IMG/VR virus record: IMGVR_UViG_3300020045_000481
Location: 1-26,288 of that record
DNA length: 26,288 nt
Source of the DNA: a virus
Taxonomy: Duplodnaviria; Caudoviricetes
Reading direction: 5' to 3' (one strand)
Part shown: piece after piece, positions 9,321-17,715 of the stretch
Numbering within the stretch: position 1 is the first letter of the stretch
Layout: each line of letters opens with the position of its first letter
Translations under genes and position numbers: made by a program
Notes under the pieces: generated by a model
The model's database searches: none
Told to the model about the DNA's origin: nothing
What the model saw: the letters and a program-made list of their open reading frames with translations, nothing else

Positions 9321-9646
9321 GTGACCTCGATTCCGCTGCCCATTATGGTCACGCCATCGCCAAGCGCCTGAATGAACCCGCCTTGTTCTAGCACCATGTT
9401 CTCTGCATCAGGGCAAGACCATGTTTCGTTTGACACAAGGGACTTGCTGGTTGTCAGCGTGTTTGTCGTTCCGGCAGTTCCACCAGAAGGAATCAGATAA
9501 ACCGTGACGTTCACCGTTCCGGCTGTCGTATTGCAGAACACCAGCTTTTTGATAACCGTAGTCATTCCGGTTGCTGCGGTGTAATACGTAGCCGCCGATC
9601 CAGTCAGGGCCGATCCGCTGATAATTCGTTTTGCTGTTTGTGCCAT
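9317..9646 (-). CDS. small beta-rich virion (tail-associated) protein
   Basis: Thr/Gly-rich 109 aa; coupled to flanking tail genes. Confidence 0.65.
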   Translation of the reverse strand: MAQTAKRIISGSALTGSAATYYTAATGMTTVIKKLVFCNTTAGTVNVTVYLIPSGGTAGTTNTLTTSKSLVSNETWSCPDAENMVLEQGGFIQALGDGVTIMGSGIEVT

Positions 9647-9647
9647 A

Positions 9648-10691
9648 TTAGGTTGCCGGAGTTGAGGCCGTAAGCAGGCCGTTTGTAAAGGTCATGCTGC
9701 CGGGCGTGCCAAGTCCAGTCAGCGGCGCTGTTGCGATAGTTGTGCTGATGCCGCCAGTTAGTGGGTTAACCCACGTAGCATCGCCGCGCCAGTAGGTTGT
9801 CGCCCCCGCGCTTGTTCCGCTATTGAGATTTGCAATAGGCAGATTCCCCGTAACCCCATTTGCAATATTAACTTGCGCCCACGCGGGATTATTTGAGGTT
9901 CCAGTATTCGAGAGATAGCGCGTTGCATTTGTGTCTTTTGCCAGCGCAGAATAGGTATTGGCCGCAGAGCCATATACCAAGTCTCCCTGCGTAACTGTAG
10001 CTAATCCGGTTCCCCCATTCGTCACAGGTAGCGTGCCAGATACATCAGCCGTTAGCGAAACCGCACCCCAAGTAGGATTTCCCGCCGCATTTCCATGCAG
10101 CAGGGTCGTCGTTGTGCCCTGATTGGCAAAATCAGCAGACGAAAGCACTATTGTTGCAAAAGCCGGATCGGCTCCCGTTGACCCTTTCAGAAACGTGTTA
10201 TTGGCTCCAACAGCCAATGCGACCGGCGCAGCACCAGCGCCACCGCCAACAATAACGCCATGATTTGTCAGCAGCGCCGATGACGCCATTGCAGTTGCAC
10301 TAGAGAAATAGGGTATTCCGCCGCTTGTGCCTGACCAAGCTAGAGCGACATTCCCGCTGTTCTGGTATGGAACTCCAGAAACACCAAGCACTCCGCTAGG
10401 CGCTGTTGCGTTTACATAGCGCACTGTTCCAGTAGTTGAGAAAATTGGCGTAACCACATCCATTTCCTCACTTACCATCGCATCAATCTGCGCTTGCAAT
10501 GACTCTACTTGTGAAGTGTTATCATTTGAAAAAAGCATCTGCGTTGCAAGATCGTCAACATTAACGCCCGATGATGGCTGCGAAAGATTTATCAAATTTT
10601 GCAGAAAAAGATACCCAGCCCTTGATAGGGTTCCATCAGGATTTGTGAATGCAACTCGCGCCCCAGGAATGAACGGTGACTGAATGCTCAT
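9648..10691 (-). CDS. tail needle/fibre-like protein (gp26 position)
   Basis: Start reassigned to ATG 10691 (ATGA overlap with gp10-like stop); short coiled coil ([11 protein letters not shown]), then fibre repeats [13 protein letters not shown] / [13 protein letters not shown]. Confidence 0.65.
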   Translation of the reverse strand: MSIQSPFIPGARVAFTNPDGTLSRAGYLFLQNLINLSQPSSGVNVDDLATQMLFSNDNTSQVESLQAQIDAMVSEEMDVVTPIFSTTGTVRYVNATAPSGVLGVSGVPYQNSGNVALAWSGTSGGIPYFSSATAMASSALLTNHGVIVGGGAGAAPVALAVGANNTFLKGSTGADPAFATIVLSSADFANQGTTTTLLHGNAAGNPTWGAVSLTADVSGTLPVTNGGTGLATVTQGDLVYGSAANTYSALAKDTNATRYLSNTGTSNNPAWAQVNIANGVTGNLPIANLNSGTSAGATTYWRGDATWVNPLTGGISTTIATAPLTGLGTPGSMTFTNGLLTASTPAT

Positions 10692-12169
10692 GTCTGCGGC
10701 CTTGATCCGCTTGCGGAAAGAAAAGCCCCATTCCACATCAGCGGCACAGGGTCAGAACCGGACAGTTCATACACCCTATCGCGCAGTTTTTCTGTGGAGC
10801 CAAGGCGACGGAAAATAACCCGCGTCTGAGTCGCTCCGATCATGCCCACTTCGCGCTGATGGTAGTTTGACCAAGTATGGCCGCCGTCATCCGACCAGCG
10901 CAATTGCACTACAGGATTTGACCCATCGCCCGTAGCCGTTCCAGTGCCGGTCTGCCCGTCAATCTGCAATTGATGATGGAATGACCGCGTAAGGTCGTTT
11001 TGACCCGTTGGCAACGCCCTCCAAGATCGTACCCATGATTGCGTATCATCAGCATCCGTTGCAATATCCAGAGAGTAACTAACAAGCTTCCCGGTATTCG
11101 TTGTGCCGTATGTTCCGCCAATGATGTTCTGCCCGTTAAACAGCACATGGCAGCGCCCACGAATCGCCCCTAACGTACCGTCATCGGGGTTAAGATAAGC
11201 CCTCTGGTGCCACATTCCGGTAGTCACATCGTAGGCCCATGTCTGCCCAAGCCAGTCCCCATCAGGCGGCGAAGTCAGAACATAGAAACCGTGTCCCTCC
11301 TGGACATAGGAAAAGGCTACCGCATTATCCAGTGACGGCCATTGAGCAATCGCATACTCAATAGCCCGAGTGCTTACAGGCTGCGGAACGTAACCATTGG
11401 CGCGGTATATTACGCCCTGCCCTTGCTTGTTTCGTCCAAGCCAGAAAAGCGAATTGTCCAGCTTGGCAATAGAAAACGCCGCAGCGCATCCCTGCTCGAT
11501 TACCGCGCCTTGAATCCGCTGGTACGGGCTGTCTGTGCTACCAGTCGCGCCAAATACCTCAATCGTCCACGCCCCGAACATCCACGCTTCGTTGTGGTCA
11601 ACATGCAGCGCAACAACTTCGTCCGGTGCCCCTTCTACGGAAAAGAAATCCAGCGCATCAATGCTCGTTCCGTCCGTGATGGCCGTATATTGAACAATCT
11701 GCGTATCCGGCACATTATAGAGAAACGAACCAGCCAGATAGCCAACCGTAACCGCACCCAAAAAATCCGGGTCTGTGATGCGCGAAAGCGTCTGTGCATC
11801 GTAGTCATAGATATATCCATCCGGGTTGCAGGCAATGAAAATCTGCGTTCCGTTGTCATCCATGCTGACCTTCCCCGATCCGGTGACAGTGCCAACCAAC
11901 GTCATGGCAAAGGCGCTAGTAACCCTGAAAAACCCGTCCCCGCATACGGCAAAACAGTAGTCTTTCAGCACCCACGTTCCGCGAACATCTTGCCCTGTCT
12001 GTCCGGTCAGCGTTGCCTCAACCTCTGCACCGGGGCAGCGGAAGAAACCGGCCACGTCCTTGCCGCCAGCGTCGTTTGGGACGGCTTCTGGGTACATATT
12101 GACCAAGCGATTGTCGGCAAGGTTTGGCGACCTTGCGACATAGGCTTGGCCAAGGAAGGGCGTTCGCAT
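10688..12169 (-). CDS. tail hub / packaged-DNA stabilization protein (P22 gp10-like)
   Basis: 493 aa; 'VNMYPE', '[13 protein letters not shown]', '[14 protein letters not shown]', '[13 protein letters not shown]...IFRRLG'. Confidence 0.9.
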   Translation of the reverse strand: MRTPFLGQAYVARSPNLADNRLVNMYPEAVPNDAGGKDVAGFFRCPGAEVEATLTGQTGQDVRGTWVLKDYCFAVCGDGFFRVTSAFAMTLVGTVTGSGKVSMDDNGTQIFIACNPDGYIYDYDAQTLSRITDPDFLGAVTVGYLAGSFLYNVPDTQIVQYTAITDGTSIDALDFFSVEGAPDEVVALHVDHNEAWMFGAWTIEVFGATGSTDSPYQRIQGAVIEQGCAAAFSIAKLDNSLFWLGRNKQGQGVIYRANGYVPQPVSTRAIEYAIAQWPSLDNAVAFSYVQEGHGFYVLTSPPDGDWLGQTWAYDVTTGMWHQRAYLNPDDGTLGAIRGRCHVLFNGQNIIGGTYGTTNTGKLVSYSLDIATDADDTQSWVRSWRALPTGQNDLTRSFHHQLQIDGQTGTGTATGDGSNPVVQLRWSDDGGHTWSNYHQREVGMIGATQTRVIFRRLGSTEKLRDRVYELSGSDPVPLMWNGAFLSASGSRPQT

Positions 12170-12170
12170 A

Positions 12171-12437
12171 TTATTCTTCCGTGGCGCGGTGCGGCGATAA
12201 CCGCAACGGCAACCATACGGACTGGTACTCGGATATGTGGGCGGCGAAACTTCTAGCCATCGTGGGCGGCGGCGGATAGCCGTGGTGCGCGCAGCCGAAT
12301 CTGATACGACGTTGGATGCACACTAATTGGGCATATGCTAATTTGTGGCATGTCGTAGGGCGCACAAAATCGCAAGAAGCTGATCTGCGTAGAAATCCAG
12401 TCAAGCAGGTATCCAATCCTGTCGCCACGCTGTTCAT
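12171..12437 (-). CDS. orphan 88-aa Cys/Arg/Pro-rich ORF between adaptor and hub genes
   Basis: Start overlaps upstream stop (TGATG) and stop lies 1 nt before next ATG, but composition is atypical. Confidence 0.35.
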   Translation of the reverse strand: MNSVATGLDTCLTGFLRRSASCDFVRPTTCHKLAYAQLVCIQRRIRFGCAHHGYPPPPTMARSFAAHISEYQSVWLPLRLSPHRATEE

Positions 12438-13147
12438 CAGTACGGCTGCCCAGTAAAGATATTGAACCGAGGCGAGCTAGTAACCAATCTGCTTGGCATG
12501 CTCATCAAGTCATTCGGGTTGTTGATCCGCTTTACGCTGCGCAATGACGATGCCGCAATCCGCTGAACTTTCAACGGTGGATCAATCCCAAACTCTGCCG
12601 CAATTTCACATGCCAGATTGAAGCGGAAGGCGCGAAGATAGCCTGGGGGAATGGTCAACGTTGTTGCCAACGATGCCGCCTGCACAAGCTGCGTCACTGA
12701 AATCAGGTGAAATTCAATCGTGCCAGTTGGGACAGGCCAGATTTTCATGGTGATATTTGGCATCCCCATGTTCACCCACAACAATTGCGGCCATGTTGAA
12801 GTCGAAGATTTCAGCGCAATCGCGTTGTACTGTTCTTCGTTAATCATCGCCAACCCGTAAGACAGGTTATTGACTTTGAAGTAAGTAGAGTCCAAGACTT
12901 CTACAGGTCTGGTGCCTGTTTGATCCGCTCCGGTAGGCCCGAATGTCTGTGATGCCGTTTGAGTCGGCCAAGTGAAGGATTGATCGTTCGTGGCAAATAC
13001 GTTCAGGCGGTCAATTGACCACGCATCGAGCATCTGGTTAAACGCGGTCAGCGCATCAGCAGACGTTTCAGCAGACGGCGCTTCCCCCTCGGCAAGCTGC
13101 CCGATAAGCCTTAGTGCGCCGTCAATTTGATCGCCAACCGTTGCCAT
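12437..13147 (-). CDS. head-to-tail adaptor (P22 gp4-like)
   Basis: 'IDGALRLIGQLAEGE.PS...DALTAFNQMLDAW' and 'PPGYLRAFRFNLACEIAAEFG'. Confidence 0.85.
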   Translation of the reverse strand: MATVGDQIDGALRLIGQLAEGEAPSAETSADALTAFNQMLDAWSIDRLNVFATNDQSFTWPTQTASQTFGPTGADQTGTRPVEVLDSTYFKVNNLSYGLAMINEEQYNAIALKSSTSTWPQLLWVNMGMPNITMKIWPVPTGTIEFHLISVTQLVQAASLATTLTIPPGYLRAFRFNLACEIAAEFGIDPPLKVQRIAASSLRSVKRINNPNDLMSMPSRLVTSSPRFNIFTGQPY

Positions 13148-13149
13148 GA

Positions 13150-13329
13150 TTAAGCCCTCGCTTCAGCCTTCTTTGGAACGCTCAAAGTATTGCTTACGGG
13201 CTGTTCTGCTTGAACAGGCGCATCAAGCTCGTATTCCGTCCAGCCACGCTTTTTGTCATGCTCGACTTCTTCTTCTTGCGTAGCTACCTTGGTGCCATGC
13301 TTCGGATGCTTCATGTAGTAGACGCCCAT
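13150..13329 (-). CDS. small hypothetical protein (59 aa, MGVYYMKHPKHGTKVAT...); not in ORF track
   Basis: GGAG RBS, ATG 13329, TAA 13150; fills the gap in the operon. Confidence 0.75.
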   Translation of the reverse strand: MGVYYMKHPKHGTKVATQEEEVEHDKKRGWTEYELDAPVQAEQPVSNTLSVPKKAEARA

Positions 13330-13332
13330 GCT

Positions 13333-13509
13333 TTACTCCTGTTGATTACCCTTATCATCTAAGACTGGTTCGGGTGTTTCCAGCTTTCTCAAAAGCATAT
13401 TGTGAACATCGACTGCGGCCTGTGCCTTAATCAAAAATGTTTTTGCATTCTCCATTTCAGCATTTAAGGCCGCAATCTCCGCCTCAACAAATTCTTTAGT
13501 GATAATCAC
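13333..13509 (-). CDS. small coiled-coil protein (58 aa, MIITKEFVEAEIAALNAEMENAK...), possible chaperone of upstream virion protein; not in ORF track
   Basis: GTG start 2 nt after upstream stop, GGAG RBS inside upstream gene end, amphipathic helix. Confidence 0.65.
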   Translation of the reverse strand: MIITKEFVEAEIAALNAEMENAKTFLIKAQAAVDVHNMLLRKLETPEPVLDDKGNQQE

Positions 13510-13511
13510 TG

Positions 13512-14168
13512 TTACGGAGCAACGCTTGTTGCCATCAGATAATACGCAGTGCCATTCGCCGCTTTGATTTTGATGGTATGCGTAGAATCCGCTGCAACTT
13601 GTGCAACAACCATTGCCGTAGGGATTTCAAACAGGTTTGCTACTGTTCCCGTTCCGCTGTTAGTGAATCGAATAAATGATGCGCCAGTCCACGACCCCCC
13701 AGAAGCGAAATCGCTATCACATTGAATTGCTGCGATAGTTCCGCCTGGAGCCGTTGACGTTCCACCTAACGTAGCCCGAAGCGCATTCCCAGCCCCTGAA
13801 ATAGTGCCGGAGCCGTTAATGCTCAAGCTAATGTGCGCCCCATTAATCGTTCCGCCAGTTGCTCCATTTGCGCCGGTTACTTGAGAAAACGCCCTAAGCG
13901 TTTCGCCAGAGCCAGTGCTTGTAAAAGAAAGGCGGCTATAAATCAATCTGGTATCGCCAGTCGTAGCCGAAGAAGTCCCATACAAGGCCGCAAAGTTCTG
14001 GGCAGTTGACGTTGACTCTGGAGAGCCAGATGTCCCCATTGTCAAGCTGTTAACATCCATCGTTGCGCCACTAATTGTCGGGCTGGTAATTGTTGCGCTA
14101 TCAATGGTTGTTCCTGATACCAGTGCAGGATCGCTGTATGCGACCCCGACAGGTTTTGAATTTGCCAT
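13512..14168 (-). CDS. virion structural protein (Ser/Thr/Gly-rich, possible head fibre/decoration)
   Basis: MANSKPVGVAYSDP start, beta-rich low-complexity content, AAGGA RBS, downstream of coat. Confidence 0.6.
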   Translation of the reverse strand: MANSKPVGVAYSDPALVSGTTIDSATITSPTISGATMDVNSLTMGTSGSPESTSTAQNFAALYGTSSATTGDTRLIYSRLSFTSTGSGETLRAFSQVTGANGATGGTINGAHISLSINGSGTISGAGNALRATLGGTSTAPGGTIAAIQCDSDFASGGSWTGASFIRFTNSGTGTVANLFEIPTAMVVAQVAADSTHTIKIKAANGTAYYLMATSVAP

Positions 14169-14189
14169 GTTGTTTTCCTTTCAGGAATT

Positions 14190-14209
14190 GGGGCGACCGA
14201 AGCCGCCCC
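14190..14209 (-). terminator. GC-rich stem-loop GGGGCGGC-TTCG-GTCGCCCC; attenuator or mRNA-stabilising hairpin after coat/decoration genes
   Basis: 8-bp stem (one G-U) with C(UUCG)G tetraloop just after stop of 14217..14624; no strong U-tract on minus strand. Confidence 0.55.
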
Positions 14210-14216
14210 TTTCCGG

Positions 14217-14624
14217 TTAGCCGATGCGATAAAGCTGCCAAGTGGCCGTGCCAGTCTTGCGAGCGCGGAAGCGAGCAGAACTAAGCTCTTGCACAACCAC
14301 AACGCCGCCGCCAGTGACCGTCCAGCCAGTGTTGGTCACAACGGAAATGTCGTAGTTGCTCGACGCCAGATTGACAATGGTGAAGTCAAAAAATACGCCG
14401 GTCTTTGCAGCATCAACCAACGACGCCTCAAGGTTCGCAACAGTCGGCAACGTGTAGTTTGCCGCCGAAGTCGGAGTTCCAAGAATGATGCCGTTCAGAA
14501 GTTGTGCAACAGTCAGCGTTGCAGTGTCGGTAGCAGTAGCCGGGACGGGGCAATTGCTGAACTGGACTTCATCCAGATTGCCGTCGCCAATTTGATAACC
14601 ACCACCAGATGCGGGAAGTGCCAT
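14217..14624 (-). CDS. putative capsid decoration/cement protein
   Basis: 135 aa beta-rich, directly after coat gene, strong RBS. Confidence 0.6.
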   Translation of the reverse strand: MALPASGGGYQIGDGNLDEVQFSNCPVPATATDTATLTVAQLLNGIILGTPTSAANYTLPTVANLEASLVDAAKTGVFFDFTIVNLASSNYDISVVTNTGWTVTGGGVVVVQELSSARFRARKTGTATWQLYRIG

Positions 14625-14662
14625 GATGTGTTTCCTTTCAATTCGTTGTCAGTGATTCGCTC

Positions 14663-15865
14663 TTAGCCCCAAATACGGCAGGCCATCGGAGGACGGATCG
14701 TTGAGTAGCCGTACAGCACATCAAGGCGGCAAGGCATACGGTCGTTGTTGATGTCGTACTGACGCACAATCCGCATACTGATACCGTTGTGAACTTGGCG
14801 CGAAGCCATGTCCACGCCTTGAGGCATCAGAAGGTCAGCCGTCGCAAACGTGATGGCATTCTTCTGGTACACAAGGTTTTGCGGATATTGCGTTGCGGCA
14901 GAACCCAACATCGTGATAGCGGCAGATGCTTGCGGGAATGAGTCAACGGTTGCCAGTGCATTAGCCGAAGTGTAGATGGCCGGTGAAATTGCCAGCGTTG
15001 CGGTGGACGAGCCAGAAGTATCAGCAGTCACCACAAACTGTTGCAGCGAGCCGGTAGATTGGCGCGTCTGCGGATTCACGGCATACACATCGGCAATCGT
15101 GAACACATCGCCTTGCTTCCAAGTCTTGCTGGAGCCGGTGAAGCTGATCGGCAGGGTCGCTTGGCCTTGGGTAGACAGGGTGCCAGTGCTGGTAATAGTC
15201 GTTCCCCAATCACCAGTCGTATGGGTTTGCAGAGATTGCGACATGGCAAACTCGTCGTACCCAAGCATCGACTCGGTAATCAGGCCACGCTTGAACTGGC
15301 TGGAAACCAGAGAAACGGGGTTGAACAAGCCCTTCATGCCCTCAACCAGCGCCGCGTTAGCAGCCGGATTCACAGTGCCGTACCGCTCGCCCATCGTTGC
15401 AGCAGACTCATTCAGCTTTTGCTGCGCCTGCAACAGAACCAGCGAAGTGGCCGGGGTGGTTCCAGGGGTGCCAACAGACTGGAAGATGTCTTTGTATGCG
15501 TTGCACACATCGGCATCAATCGAAGCAGCCAATTGCGAAATACGCGGCTTCAGCACCAAGTCTGCGAACTGATCCAACTTCATGGTCATTTCAGCAGTGG
15601 TGAAGTTAATGCCGATATGCTTTTGGCTGGAAACCGTCAGCGTGGTGTACTGCTGGTTTTCATCCTGAACTTGCAGCGCAGCACCGTCCGTGACCAAAGC
15701 GCGGTCAGGCAGGCGAATACGCAAGGTAGTACCGATCTTTGCACCTTGGACGGCAAAAGAATCATCGTACTGGCGGTTGACGTTGCGGGTGACTACCAAC
15801 TCGTTCTCAAGAATCTCTTGAGCTTTCGTGGTAATCATGTCTATGGTAAGAATCGAATTTGACAT
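14663..15865 (-). CDS. major capsid protein, P22 coat (gp5) family
   Basis: 'MSNSILTIDMIT...LEN.L....VNRQYD..F...GAKIG.TLRIRLP' and C-terminal 'RLDVLYG...IRP'. Confidence 0.95.
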   Translation of the reverse strand: MSNSILTIDMITTKAQEILENELVVTRNVNRQYDDSFAVQGAKIGTTLRIRLPDRALVTDGAALQVQDENQQYTTLTVSSQKHIGINFTTAEMTMKLDQFADLVLKPRISQLAASIDADVCNAYKDIFQSVGTPGTTPATSLVLLQAQQKLNESAATMGERYGTVNPAANAALVEGMKGLFNPVSLVSSQFKRGLITESMLGYDEFAMSQSLQTHTTGDWGTTITSTGTLSTQGQATLPISFTGSSKTWKQGDVFTIADVYAVNPQTRQSTGSLQQFVVTADTSGSSTATLAISPAIYTSANALATVDSFPQASAAITMLGSAATQYPQNLVYQKNAITFATADLLMPQGVDMASRQVHNGISMRIVRQYDINNDRMPCRLDVLYGYSTIRPPMACRIWG

Positions 15866-15885
15866 TTGCTTTCCTAATTAATGAG

Positions 15886-16761
15886 TTAGCGACCCTTCTG
15901 CGCTTTCGCAACCTTCTCCGCTCGCCAAGCATTAATGAGTCCCGTTGTGCCAAGTGCCTTGAGAGCTTTCGGATCATCAAGGTTGGTGAACGAAACTCCA
16001 GCAGCAGGCTTTACCGGATTAATCGGCGCTGGTGCAGAAGATGACCTTTTGGTGGGCGTAGGCGGTTCGGCGGCAAGCCGTGCCTCCAACTTTCCCAATT
16101 CCTTTACAGCCAGGATGGGCGACATGCGAGCGAGCTTTGCGGCCTCGTCGGGGTGCCTTCCAAGGTAATACGCAATATCCGGCCCTTGGTCGGATGTGCG
16201 GATTGCTTCAGCCATGATCGCGTTGATAGGCAAGTTCTGGTTGCCAACAACATCGTCATAATCTGCATACTTGTCACGGGCTGTATCTTCCCGTTCCGAA
16301 TACTCAGACATGACTTGCTGCTGATACCGCTCCTGCTCCGTCGCTGCGGTGGCTTCTGCTCGCTCCTTGGCCTTTCGCTCAATAATCTGATCTGCCTTCC
16401 ACTCAGCAACGGCCTCGACATAATCTTCGGTCGTCTGGAAGTTCTCAGGATTTGGTCGATCATTGGCAACAGGCGCAGGCGCTACCTTGGCTGGTTGAGC
16501 TTTGGCAATTGCCTCAGCTACCCGCCGATCTACTTCTCGCTGTGCTTTTCGCTGCTCCTTGGCGATTCGCTTCTGGACAATTTCATCCAATTCCTCTTGT
16601 GTGAAGGTCTTGGTTACTTTGTCCTCGCCCGGCTGATCGTCCCCGCTAGAAGGGGTATCTGCTGGCGCTGCCGTAGCGTCAGAGATAGGCGCAGCATCCG
16701 CTGCTGGTGCGGCGTCAGCCGCAAGGTCATTCAAGGGTGCTACAACATCATCATCAGGCAT
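15886..16761 (-). CDS. scaffolding protein
   Basis: Acidic/Ala-rich N-terminus, 'KTFTQEELDEIVQKRIAKE', 'GPDIAYYLGRHPDEA', 'SSAPAPINPV'; directly before coat. Confidence 0.88.
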   Translation of the reverse strand: MPDDDVVAPLNDLAADAAPAADAAPISDATAAPADTPSSGDDQPGEDKVTKTFTQEELDEIVQKRIAKEQRKAQREVDRRVAEAIAKAQPAKVAPAPVANDRPNPENFQTTEDYVEAVAEWKADQIIERKAKERAEATAATEQERYQQQVMSEYSEREDTARDKYADYDDVVGNQNLPINAIMAEAIRTSDQGPDIAYYLGRHPDEAAKLARMSPILAVKELGKLEARLAAEPPTPTKRSSSAPAPINPVKPAAGVSFTNLDDPKALKALGTTGLINAWRAEKVAKAQKGR

Positions 16762-16767
16762 GTAAAA

Positions 16768-16823
16768 CTCCTGTTTTCAGGATTTCGGCATCTTCACGAC
16801 GCTGCCCCGATAAGCCCTATCGG
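16768..16823 (-). promoter_or_regulatory. structured leader of scaffold gene: three tandem hairpins, the last sequestering the SD
   Basis: Minus strand CCGATA-GGGCT-TATCGG, GCGTC-GTGAA-GATGC, TCCTG-AAAA-CAGGA(G) then TTTTAC-ATG. Confidence 0.5.
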
Positions 16824-16830
16824 TAAGGGA

Positions 16831-17340
16831 CTATTGCACTCTATTGCCTTTCCGCAGATTTTCTTCGGCGGAAAGATATTGCAAATTCCAAGGTACGTGA
16901 AGGCCACAAACGCCATTTCCACGCAAAGGAACAATGTGGTCAACATGAGACCCACTTGGTTTGTTCTTGTAAATCCTTGTCGTTTCCAACATAAATTTCT
17001 TCGCTATCTGCTGGCTTCCAATGCCGCGACTCCTAAGGGAATGATGGGCTTTTGCGGACGCCAACCGACGGTCTTTATTGGCAAGTTGCCAAGCCTTGTC
17101 TAACTCCTTGCACCTATCAATATTATTTTTGCGCCACTCTTTCGATATTTCCCTGTGCTTGGCCGCGTACTTGCTTTTGTCGCGCCCAACACCGTTTTTC
17201 TCGTACCAAAGTCTTTGAAGCTTTGCCTTGCACTGAACGCAACGACCGCTTTTTACAAACCTTATGCCAGCATGGCCGACATCACGCCGGCACGCCTTGC
17301 CAGAGAATGTTGCTGCCTTATCTTTTCGATCAGTTTTCAT
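16831..17340 (-). CDS. free-standing HNH (homing-type) endonuclease
   Basis: [35 protein letters not shown]; N-terminal C...H...CxxC Zn motif; Lys/Arg-rich linker. Confidence 0.92.
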   Translation of the reverse strand: MKTDRKDKAATFSGKACRRDVGHAGIRFVKSGRCVQCKAKLQRLWYEKNGVGRDKSKYAAKHREISKEWRKNNIDRCKELDKAWQLANKDRRLASAKAHHSLRSRGIGSQQIAKKFMLETTRIYKNKPSGSHVDHIVPLRGNGVCGLHVPWNLQYLSAEENLRKGNRVQ

Positions 17341-17369
17341 AGCGTATCCGCGCCGGTACGGGTTATTAA

Positions 17370-17385
17370 ATCAGTAATTACTCAC
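17370..17385. promoter_or_regulatory. operator-like palindrome (core AGTAATTACT) in AT-rich gap upstream of HNH/scaffold/coat
   Basis: Perfect 10-bp palindrome 17373-17382; TCAGT-N4-ACTCAC shared with 25134-25148. Confidence 0.45.
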
Positions 17386-17403
17386 TTTTCATAGTGTTTT
17401 GTG

Positions 17404-17712
17404 CTAGTTTCCGCAGTCAATCCTATACCGCGCCCAAACCTCATGGTTCCAGCACTCGGCGTGTTTTCTCTCATGCGCCAGAACACAGGCTTTCTCATCG
17501 CTGGTCAGGGCATCAGACAGCAAGATCAACCCCAATGGCTGAATCCACGCCCCATACCTCACCGTCCCGCTCTGCTTCCATAGCTTTTGCAACTGATCGT
17601 GCGGCACTGTCACCACCTGCTGCACCGTCCCGCACTGCGAAGCGTCTGGATACCAGTAGTCCGGTGCAGCGCAGCCGCAGAGCAATAAGCCAAAGGCGGC
17701 GTAAAGTCGCAT
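17404..17712 (-). CDS. small lipoprotein with zincin HExxH motif
   Basis: Signal peptide + lipobox LCG-C (Cys14); 'LILLSDALTSDEKACVLAHERKHAECWNH'. Confidence 0.65.
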   Translation of the reverse strand: MRLYAAFGLLLCGCAAPDYWYPDASQCGTVQQVVTVPHDQLQKLWKQSGTVRYGAWIQPLGLILLSDALTSDEKACVLAHERKHAECWNHEVWARYRIDCGN

Positions 17713-17715
17713 AGG

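Noticed and set aside
11342-12256. 304-aa + strand ORF (likewise 15041..15862, 16153..17103, 23735..24595, 5953..6648)
   Set aside because: Antisense shadows of well-supported minus-strand genes; no RBS or recognisable motifs
12434-12440. CTGATGA on minus strand resembling a hammerhead ribozyme core
   Set aside because: It is just the stop/start overlap; no stem II plus GAAA follows
14648-14663. GTCAGTGATTCGCTCT after the coat gene as a fifth operator-like site
   Set aside because: Only one half-site matches and the spacing is off by one base
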